Shown here one piece after another: positions 55,161 to 64,000 of a DNA stretch of 64,000 bases. The stretch is from an uncultured delta proteobacterium (lineage in GTDB: Bacteria; Desulfobacterota; Syntrophobacteria; Syntrophobacterales; Syntrophobacteraceae), in the NCBI GenBank assembly GCA_963808625.1, contig CAWEHK010000030.1, positions 1-64,000 on the forward strand. Reading direction: 5' to 3'. A model generated the notes under the pieces. The model had not been told where the DNA came from, searched no databases, and saw nothing but the letters and a program-made list of their open reading frames with translations. The number at the start of each line of letters is the position of its first letter. The stretch's first letter is position 1. Made by a program: the position numbers and the translations under genes.

Positions 55161-56126
55161 TCATAACCAGCGGCCGGAGTGACAGGCTGCGCGGAAAATA
55201 CACAAAGCAATCGACTCATCCGGCTCTGGTGAACTACTCATCTTTAGGGTGCAAGCTTCTGCGCCTGCGAACAGGCTGTGGTCGGGGTCTCTTTCAAACA
55301 ACTTCGATACTGTCGACACATTTTCCTCTTTGCTCTCTCCCTTCATCCGGAGATGCTTCAGCCAATTGGTTTCAAGTCCCGGCAGACCGATCCCGAACAC
55401 CTCCGTAAAAGGCCTGTCCTTTTCCTGAGAGAGTCGTTGCAGCCGCTTGATCTTGTCGATGCCGTAGGTCTTAAACAGATAGTTTCCAAAAGACCCCGTT
55501 TCGGCATACGCTTTGTGCTGTTTGGTTTTATCAAAAACCGAAAGTTTGCCGCCCCCGGCGTCCTTCATCCCCCATGACTCATGATCGGGCCCCAATTCGT
55601 TCAAGGGGATGGTTGATTTTGTTGCCAGAAGAGCCAATACCCATTCGTCACTGCTGAATCCACACATAGGGAAAGTTAACGGATTTCCGATTTGCGCTTC
55701 GGTAAGAATGCCCATCATGTTGCGAATCAATTTATCCTTTTGGGGAAAGACCGCACTGGTAAGCTTGTGTGCCATCATTTGCGGCGGTCCTTCAGCTTTG
55801 AAGACGCGAACGATGCGAGCCCGTCCACCATCCTTCTGTTCCCAGTAAAAGACGCTGGAATAGATATCCCTCCGCGGGGCATCGAAAACGACCCGTATCT
55901 TTCCCCACCGGTCTTTTCCGGAATCGGCGGACCAAAACGCAAGAACACGCTCCAGCATAGCCTGCGCTTGATCGGCGAGGAGTTTAAGCTGCTCATTCGA
56001 CACTTTGCCGGTGGCATCGCTAACGATGAGGTCACGGGTTTCAATGGTTGTGCTCGCGGCCTGGGATAACCCGGCGATCAAGAGACCGGCTACCAGGATT
56101 GATACGGCAATCGCTCTTCTGATCAT
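55161..56126 (-). CDS. Secreted protein resembling the peptidase MA superfamily, with a degenerate zinc motif
   Basis: Signal peptide ending in SQA; AHKLTS in place of HExxH; AYAETGSFGNYLFKTYGIDKIKRL. The true stop may be near 55244 because of a frameshift. Confidence 0.55.
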   Translation of the reverse strand: MIRRAIAVSILVAGLLIAGLSQAASTTIETRDLIVSDATGKVSNEQLKLLADQAQAMLERVLAFWSADSGKDRWGKIRVVFDAPRRDIYSSVFYWEQKDGGRARIVRVFKAEGPPQMMAHKLTSAVFPQKDKLIRNMMGILTEAQIGNPLTFPMCGFSSDEWVLALLATKSTIPLNELGPDHESWGMKDAGGGKLSVFDKTKQHKAYAETGSFGNYLFKTYGIDKIKRLQRLSQEKDRPFTEVFGIGLPGLETNWLKHLRMKGESKEENVSTVSKLFERDPDHSLFAGAEACTLKMSSSPEPDESIALCIFRAACHSGRWL

Positions 56127-56447
56127 GGCTTTCTGTCCTTTCCAATTATCCGCGTCCCATCGCGGCCGCACGAACGCCAACAAATGATCCAACCTGTCAG
56201 CACCTTCGCCACTGCGAAGTAACGCCCAGCGAATTGGTCCGACTGCCGCTCCGGGATTCTCGAACTCCAGATTGAAAAGGCCCCGAGTGTCGCTTTCATG
56301 TTCGTATCTGGCGCTTCAGCAGGAAGATGTCTTCAAGGGGTTCCGGACGCCCCTGATGGGGTTCACTCGAAGTCGTCTTCGGTCTCGAATGTTACGTCAG
56401 GCAGGATCTTGACGCCTTGTTTTGTCTTCCAAACCGCAGCCGCGACT

Positions 56448-58733
56448 CTATGTGACCTGAATGTCCCGCCCCGGACCCACGAGCTGGAATCCGGCCCAGA
56501 ACATGAGGTCGCGCTGCTTCTCGATCGCACAGAGCCGCCGCAATTTGCAGCGCGCGCGCCGGGTCGGCATCGTTCGAAGCCCGGTGAGAAGTCGAGCATG
56601 AAAAATACTTTGCCGGCGCGATCGGGCAGCGGCCATAGCCACCGAGTACGTTACCGGTGCCGGCCGTAATAAATGCCGCGAGGAGACCCAATGGCTGATC
56701 GCCCGGTCCGTACGGCGCACACGACACCGTCGCAGCACGTTTAGCGCCACGAGCCGGACCCGCGACAGATCAATCTCGCGGACCTACACGGGCTGTGCAG
56801 CGCCCCGTCTTCACGGAAGATGGCGTCAGCCGGACACGATGGCCGTTGCGCGGATCGCGACGGTCGAGTTGACCATGCGCCGCGAAGTGAAGCGCGTCTG
56901 CCAGACGGTCAATCGGGCCCCTTGACCCGCTTCTCGGTGGCGTCGTCCCCGGTGAGCACGGTGACTTCCATCGGCCAAGTGAGCTGGTTCGTGATGCGCT
57001 CGACCTCGTCCTGCGCATCCACGAGATTTCCCGGTATGCCGGCACCCTGAATTTGCCGGATTGCCGACCGCAAACAGATGCCGCATCGGGGTCCCCCAAT
57101 GCCGTTGCATGTTGAGCCACACGCTCGCGCTCGGTGCAGTGGTCAGCGGCACCCGCTCAATCAGGTGGCGACCCTCGGCATCCAGCAGTGCACCGAATGG
57201 CACCAGGTGCAACGGGCCGTGCGGCACCACGATCCAGCGCCGGTACTGCTCCGGCTCGAAACCAGCTTTCGATCAGCGATTGGAACGGAGCCGACCGCTT
57301 AAACAACGTCTGCAGAATTGGCCGCGCTTGGTCGTCATTTCGGATGAGAATGGCCTCGCGCGCCCGTGCGACCAAATCCGAGAGTGGGGCCTGACTCGAG
57401 TACCCGTCCTGAGCCGAGCGAAAGCTGCCCACCGGTCCTGATGTCAGCGTACGCACACCGCATCGCCGCCCCTTCTCGGCGCACCGGAATCGTCGACCAG
57501 TCCTTGTACTTTCGGGCTATACGGGTCAGCGCGGAATGTAGAACTCAATCAACAGTTCGCCCTCTTTGAGCTAGTTTGCATTGAGGCGAGTACGCTGGCT
57601 AGCCGCGTTCCCAGAAAGGCCAGCCTTTGCGCCGCACGGTTTCTGGTTCCGCCTGCCGCAATTTCTCATGCATTTATCTTATATTCATCGGCGTGGAACC
57701 CGATCACCGGATTGGGCGAATGAAATCCCGGGACCGATCGGAAGTTGGCTGACCTGTTTCCAGACTCCTTGATGATGTTATCCGAGAAGCTCCTCGATCC
57801 CGGAACGAACATGCAGTTGCCGTCCGCGTGCTCATCTTCGGTATCGGCTTCATCCTGCCATGGCGCACACGCGGTGCTATGCGACAACCGCTCAGTTCGT
57901 CCAGTAAAACCCGCGCCTGGCAGCGTCAACGCCTCGGCAACCGCGAACATATCTTTCCGGCGTGGTGTGTTGGATCTGAAAGCCTGACGGACGGGTGCGA
58001 TGCCAGAAGTCGTGGATATAGCTGCTGCATTTCGTGGGAGCCGTCCGTCCACGGATGTGAAAGATGCACGCGCCGTGTCGATGGTCGCCTCGATATGCTC
58101 AGCCAGCGTGCGTGCAAATCGGCCCGTTGCTGGTGCCGCGCTGCCGACAGGCCAAGCAGCAACGCGTAGAACCGATCGTCTGTTCGGAAATTTCGCACCC
58201 GAGAATTTTCTCAGGCGCTCCAGCGCGGCGGCATGCCTCTCGCCGACGATTTCCAGGTGCGCGAGCGCGCAATGCACCCGCCAGCGGCCGCCCAGGTAAT
58301 AGTGGGCGATCCCCAGTGGCTTTACATCGGCATCGGGCCGAACGGCACCAGGTTGGCGGCGAGGTTGCGGTGCGGCCCAAAGCCAGGAGGGAGTTTATCA
58401 GATCGAGCCCTTTGTGATGGCGACCGTGCACGAAGATGAGATCGGAAGCCAACGCCTCCGCAAGCCGGTCCTGCCAGAACTCGAGGTCGTCGCTGGGCAG
58501 TGCGCGAATGGCGCCAAGACCTTCGAAACGCGTGAGGAACTCTGTCTCATGTCAACCACGCTGGGCTCATCAGGCGTGATGATCTCGAACAGTGAATACG
58601 CCAGGTGATAAAGCCTCGCCGCGGTCACGAACAAGGCGCCCGCTTCTTCGACATAGCCCCGACGCATCGCGAGTTCCGCTAACATTCTGGCGATTTCCGA
58701 GGATTGGATGGCCGACGGAACCTGCTCCTCCAT
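56448..58733 (-). CDS. TPR-like + CHAT (caspase-like) domain protein, heavily frameshifted
   Basis: Fragments VPHGPLHLVPFGAL, TTAPSASV, VGNP, LHFAAHG, GL.AAFITAG..NV and FWAGFQLVG in different frames; helical N-terminus. Could be a pseudogene. Confidence 0.7.
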
Positions 58734-58739
58734 CCTGAT

Positions 58740-59790
58740 TCACGCTCGAGGCTTCTTGATCTTCTGACCTTCGGTGAAGGTACGGGGACAACGGCGGAAA
58801 AACCAGCGCATCGGCAACGGAGCCCAGCCGAAAGCCGACGCCAGTTTCATGCCGATCGCATGCACCACCAACTCGCTCATCCTCAGCGCGCGCCCCTTGG
58901 CACTCTCGTCAGGCCGTTCGATTTTCACAGCTTGATCTCCGTAATCAACGACCGTCGCAACACCGCAAGGCGCTGCCTTGAACACCAGCCAGTGCCTACG
59001 GAACGGCAATACCCCGAGTTGAACGCAGACATTGAGACGCTTCACGTGCTCGGAGACCTTTACCACGACCCAGGACTGGAATTCGCTGGATCCCGTTAGT
59101 TCGGACGTGAGGTTGTAACGCCACTGCACCCTCGACTCGTTCAATCCGCTGGCCTCAATACGCGCCCGGCGCAGATCGTACCGAAACGGACCAGCGACGA
59201 ACAATCCGCCCACATCAACCTCTGCAGACACCTTCGGTAAACCGTTGGCCTGAGCCACGTCATCCGGAACCACGAAACTCAACCCACCGGTTAGGCCGAC
59301 GGTGCGCCGGGTTTCGACTTTGAGGATGCTTTCCCGAATCTCCGGCGGAGAGAAGTCTGGCACGCGCGCGGCTCACCATCACCGCCTGCTGGTAAGAGCA
59401 CGCGAACTCAACCGCAAACTCGGCTCTCGTCGGGCGCGAGTCGCTTGCGGCAGACTGAGGAAGAAACACCAATTCTATCAGGTGGAATTCGAAACCCTGA
59501 ACTTCCTTCGCGACCTTGATCTTCGACGGTACCAGCGTGGCCCGATTCACGGCAGCAGCGCAGAGCAACGGGTAAGCTTCAACTGACGAGGCGATGAGCA
59601 CCCCTTCCTTGTAAACACCAATGATCTCGCGGCGAGCTTCCGTGTTCGGGTCGGTGGCGCGCGCCAGAGTGAGCGCGTTAGCACCTTTGGCGTTTAAGTT
59701 GTGCTCTCCAAGTGGAATGAGTTGCTCTTCAAGCTCATCCAGTTCTTCAGGGGCGAATTGGATGTGATCAATCATGTGGGTAAAGGTCAT
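58740..59790 (-). CDS. Hypothetical beta-rich protein directly upstream of the CHAT gene (frameshift near 59365)
   Basis: GGAGGAG RBS before ATG 59790. ORFs 59260..59889 and 58740..59363 join; the stop lies 6 nt before the CHAT gene start. Confidence 0.6.
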
Positions 59791-60031
59791 CCTGGTCTCC
59801 TCCTTGTCTTGCATATCCAAGAAGTTGGCTAGAGGAGTGGCGTAAGCGATGGGCTGCAATGCCCTGGTAATCATGGACACCTCCTCCACAGGCAGGTTTA
59901 CTGTATGGTAACAAAAGGACAGCTGACTGAAGAAAGGGGGAAATCATATGAGATTTCTATACCAGGCAAGACGACATGGTTATCACCTGCTGGCGGCCTT
60001 CCGCATTGCCTGAATCCTGGTGACCGGCAAT

Positions 60032-60761
60032 TCAAACAGTCTGCCTCAGAACGTAGATCGCCCAGGGGGCTATCGTCGTTTCACTCACCCACGAGAACGG
60101 TTCGGTCTCCTGCGCCAGGGGGCGGTAGGTGTTGAGCGCGACCAAGCCGGCCTGCTTGTAGACCTCCAGGTAGTCCTCATCCTTCCACAGGATGTCTTCC
60201 ACGGGGCGGCGATCCGCGACGTCGAGCATGACAATACGAACCTTCTCTCCGCTCCGCGCCGTGCGGTTCTCGGGATAGGCCCTGGTTGAAAACGAGGCCC
60301 ATTCATTGACGTAGATCTCCGGGGTCGATACAACGGTCACAATGCGGCCGTTTTCCTTCAGCAACCGTCTCAAGGACTGAAAGGCGGCAACCTTCTTTTC
60401 CATCGTTGGAATATTGTCGAAGGTGAAGGCGGCGAGGACGAGATCATAGGTGTTCGCCGCAAGCCCGGTGAGGCCGTCCTCGGTCACGAGCAGATACTGT
60501 CCCTTGGGGTCCCGCTGCCGAGCCCGTGCGAGCATTGCTCCGAAATGTCGACGCCAACAACGTCAAAGCCCAACTCTCGCAAGAACCGGGTCGAGCGCCC
60601 GGCCCCGCAGCCGAAGTCAACAGCCGCCTTTCCGTGAATGTGTTCGCGGAGGATCGCCGGCAGGTCTCGGAATGCCAAGTAATATGTCCCCGGGAACTCA
60701 AGCTCGGCATAGGCGTCTGCACGGGCTCGGTCCTCGTAGACGTTATGGAATCCGTGCTCAT
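60032..60761 (-). CDS. Class I SAM-dependent methyltransferase (frameshifted)
   Basis: AVDFGCGAGRSTRFL, VGVDIS..ML and YDLVLAAFTFD. Confidence 0.85.
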
Positions 60762-60779
60762 CCTTGCTCCTCCTGGCGG

Positions 60780-60888
60780 TGCTGACGACGAGCCAACCGG
60801 CCGCGCCGAAGTAAAGAAGGCCTCGGAATTTAGTGACTTCTCTTGAATACCTTGCGATACCGCGATCCGGTTGATCGCCAGGTTAGCT
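60780..60888 (-). other. attC-like integron cassette recombination site (degenerate)
   Basis: Minus strand reads GCTAAC-N9-AACCGG ... CCGGTT-N8-GTCAGC: paired inner boxes and a 5/6 match between the outer boxes. Confidence 0.45.
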
Positions 60889-61186
60889 CCTTCCTTTCAT
60901 TTTTAATCCATGCGGGGTTGCGACGCATAGGCAAGACCGCAACAACGTAAGCAATGTCATCCACAATTTCGTAGTAGATGGCATAGGGAAATCGTTTGGC
61001 AAGCATTCGGTAGAGACCATACTCTCTCTTATGAATGCCTGCATAGATTACCAGGGATTCGATATCGGCAAGTAGACTATCCCAGAAGTAATCACCAACA
61101 CCGGATTCTCTTTGATCATAAAAGGCTTTTCCGTCGTTCAGGTCATCAGCGACCTCTTTCAGTATGACGACATCTTTAACTTTCAT
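60883..61186 (-). CDS. Type II toxin, RelE/ParE family
   Basis: DLNDGKAFY.....GVG.YF, RMLAKRFPYAIYY and VVAVL..RRNP. The stop is probably TAA at 60883 after an A-run indel; the ORF track reads on to 60830. Confidence 0.85.
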
Positions 61187-61389
61187 GATTTACGGCTCGC
61201 CCTCAACTTCTCAAGAGAGATGAATTCTGCTTTGCCGGTTTCGATCTTTCTTTTTCTCTCTTCAAGGATGTCCCGATGCCATTCAGGGGATTCTATTTCG
61301 GATTCTTCATCAACAAGTGAATCCCAAAGCGCCTCCATGGCTTGAAGACGCTCAATTCTGCTCATTTTCTTGATTTCCAGTGTATTCAT
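61183..61389 (-). CDS. Putative addiction module antitoxin component
   Basis: ERLQAMEALWDSL...SPEWH..IL.ER; ATGA overlap with the toxin. Confidence 0.85.
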   Translation of the reverse strand: MNTLEIKKMSRIERLQAMEALWDSLVDEESEIESPEWHRDILEERKRKIETGKAEFISLEKLRASRKS

Positions 61390-61779
61390 CTTGGTTCCTT
61401 CCTGTAAGCCCCAATACCGGTCCGCTACGGCAAGGTCGTGGCCCTGAAGAGCTAATTTGGTACGATCCTCAAATTTGTTGGTGCTTCTATTTTGTAACCC
61501 TTTTCCTTGAGCATTTCTCGCAGAATTTACTGCGGAATCCCGTGTTTCTTTAATTTCATGAGCTGGGACCCTGTTTTCCTTAAGCCACTGCTCTGTGACT
61601 GCACCAACTGTCTTGTCTAATGCAGATTTCTCTTATGCTTTGCCCTGCCATTTCCTGTGAGTTCGCTATACTCAAAAAAGGAAATTTAACTAAAACCAAG
61701 GAACATATGCAAGGAATACAGAACTTAAAGTCTTAATAACAAAGCTACCCTCTTGCCAATATTCATAGGTTCCATGTTA

Positions 61780-62576
61780 ATAACCCCTTGTTCTATTAAT
61801 TTGCATCTTTACATTCTGAGCGGTTTGTTTCATAACAGTAACATAAAATTAAATAAATAAACTTTTGCTCGAAGTTTAGTTCATTGTTAAGTCATGACAA
61901 TTTTTAGGCTTTCGAGCTCTTTATAAATATACTTATCTTTAAGGTTTTCTGAATTTTCCAAATCCTACTTGTTGAATGCATAAACGTTCTGTTAGAACTG
62001 CCCCATCAACACATAATTTAATAATTTCGCGTAGGCTCAATAATACCTCTTCACCTTCTATTGTGCCAGGTTTCCCACCGATGTCTTCATGGCTTCAATA
62101 AGCTTGACCAAAAAGCACTTTCTCGCACTTATTATGCCCCTAATTCTACTGTGTTCCACGATATCCTTACATATTCTTCTTTCATAAGCATCGAGAATCG
62201 TTGGCATATAAATCACCATAAATATCAGAAGACCTAAGTTAACATTTTGACAACCACACATGACAAGGATTAAGATAAATACACCAATTATATATTTGTA
62301 GTATAATTCGTATTGTATTTTAAAGGACCGCGCATATGAGGCTGCTCAATACAGTTGATAACCCCATTATAAAGGATAAAATAATGTACCATGGATATGC
62401 TTCAAAAGGAGTCCACGGTTTCTGATGGCATTTGCTATAGCATATGTAAAAATGCCTGGAAATATTGACATAAATGTAAGTGAACCGGTGAAAATTTTAT
62501 CTATGCTTTTAGGCATTTCATCATTACTAATATTAGTAGTCTTCTTGTTTTGTATCATATTGTTTATGCCTGTCAT
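61780..62576 (-). pseudogene. Decayed AT-rich gene fragment(s)
   Basis: Short collinear minus-strand ORFs (62367..62576, 62058..62261) with hydrophobic stretches in a strongly AT-rich region. Confidence 0.3.
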
Positions 62577-63381
62577 ATATGTTTAATACAGTTTATCCTA
62601 TTTTATACACATTCTTTGTTTTAGTACAGAGTAGGAATGGGCAGGTACTATAAAAACCCTAATATTTGCTTAGCTGCGATATTTCTGTGTCAATGTAATC
62701 ATGGCAAAATGATTAATTGTAAGCCTATTGAGTGTTCAATATCCCACAGCAGGCTATAGCCTAATTACACTATCACAAAAACGAATAGGTCTCACTCCTA
62801 TGAAAGTGCAACATCGAGTAACGTATAAGATGCGCAAAAAAGACTATGCCGTTCACGGTGAGGAGACTTAAGTGGACTGAAAGTGATTCCTTCTTTAAGA
62901 CGGCAAACGGCACCCTAAGGATATGGAAACCAGAGATTTTGCAATATTTTTCTTACTGAGCCTCAGTCTTGAATGCCGCCGGAGGCGCCCAGAAAATCGC
63001 GCTTTGTGTGCCAATGCTTCTCTATAAGAAGGTTCCCAGAGGTCAGCGGTTGGAGCGTCAGAGGAAGCAAATGGTAAAAAGTGAACGGTTTCTTGGCAAT
63101 AGCCCTTGGCGATGGGCAGCTGAGAAGCGGCGACGCAGAGTTGGGAAGTCTTCTGGGATCAGGCGGGTTGGAGAACCCACCCTCCGCTGGGAGTTGTCAA
63201 GGGGTGGGGTGAGTGAAAGCGTTGACGTTGTGATGGTCTTCGGGTGATTATTTATTTTTGAGCGCTGATCATTAATTGCTGATTAGTTTGGCTGGTCTCC
63301 TGATCACCAGCTGCTAGTCGCTGGCTGCTGACCAGTGACCACCGTTTACTGAGCACACAGCTTTGGTACGAGGTGCATTGC

Positions 63382-64000
63382 ATGGGAAAGAGATTTGCCT
63401 TTCTTGTCGGGGGGACGCATAGCGGGTGTGGGAAGACGACGCTGGCGCTGGCGCTCATGGCGGCTTTCAAGGTACGCGGATTGCGCGTGCAGCCGTTCAA
63501 GGTGGGGCCGGATTTTATCGATCCCGGGTTTCATACGCAGGTTACCGGGATGGCGTCGAGGAACCTGGACGGGTGGATGCTCGGACGGGATTATAACCGG
63601 GGGCTCTTTTGCGGCTCCTCGAGCAGGCCGAGATGGCGATTGTCGAGGGGGTGATGGGGCTCTTTGACGGCTATGACGGCCTCACCGAGTCGGGGAGCAG
63701 CGCCGAAATGGCCAAATGGCTCGGGCTTCCCGTGGTCCTCGTGGTGGATGCCCGCAGCATGGCCAGGAGTGCCGCCGCCCTGGTTTACGGGTTCCGTCAT
63801 TTTGATCCGGGGCTCAGTTTCGCTGGGGTCATTTTCAATCAGATCGGGGGCGAGGGTCACCTCGAATACCTCAAGGAGGCCATGGCTGCGAGTCTGCCCG
63901 AAATTCCCGTGCTCGGGGGTATCCCAAGGGACGAGCTCATTCGGATTCCCGAACGGCACCTGGGGTTGGTGACCGCCGATGAGATAACCATCGATCCGGC
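63382..64000 (+). CDS. cbiA: Cobyrinate a,c-diamide synthase (5' part; frameshift near 63620; runs off the window)
   Basis: [43 protein letters not shown] and IPERHLGL. Confidence 0.92.

Noticed and set aside
58740..59790. Calling the CHAT partner a bacterial gasdermin
   Set aside because: No N-terminal Cys and no recognisable gasdermin similarity by eye; kept only as a generic candidate effector.
62960..63380. Cobalamin riboswitch upstream of cbiA
   Set aside because: Only a weak GGGAAG-like fragment. The conserved B12-box and GGGAA-GGTG core were not recognisable, and part of the region matches a REP-like palindrome also seen at about 7180-7204. An Rfam scan would settle it.

Overview
This is a 64 kb bacterial chromosomal window of mostly about 55-62% GC by eye, with some AT-rich patches. 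Gene content and repeat families suggest a Desulfobacterota/deltaproteobacterium (inference). Many clearly recognisable genes, including uvrB, tkt, acs, hisF and an rpsA homologue, are broken by 1-bp indels. This is most simply explained by unpolished long-read assembly, so split genes are reported here as single reconstructed CDS. In order, the window holds: (1) an ISAzo13 element, Smr, a PfkB kinase and an S1 protein; (2) a defence-like patch with two AAA-DUF4143 ATPases, a MazEF-type TA pair and a TIR + FGE-sulfatase protein whose 3' end looks like a DGR variable region; (3) a roughly 12.4 kb integrase-less island between two diverged copies of the uvrB 3' end, encoding a Ser/Thr kinase / PP2C / FHA-ABC / vWA / WD40-TPR / WG-repeat module; (4) a hybrid histidine kinase; (5) a minus-strand modification cluster (B12-type radical SAM, 2 GNATs, SxtJ/K-like, carbamoyltransferase, SGNH, YdjC) ending in a PPDK-derived dikinase with an unrecognised C-terminal domain; (6) rpiB-pfkA-tkt and ltrA-hisF-acs; (7) a protease-rich patch with a C25-like protease, a dead MA-like peptidase and a TPR-CHAT protease with a beta-rich partner; (8) a methyltransferase and a ParE TA pair separated by an attC-like site; (9) an AT-rich relic; (10) the start of cbiA/cobB. 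Intergenic DNA is crowded with heptamer tandem repeats, REP-like hairpins and MITE-like elements. I found no rRNA, tRNA, CRISPR array, integrase or reverse transcriptase. All calls come from reading motifs by eye; no searches were run.
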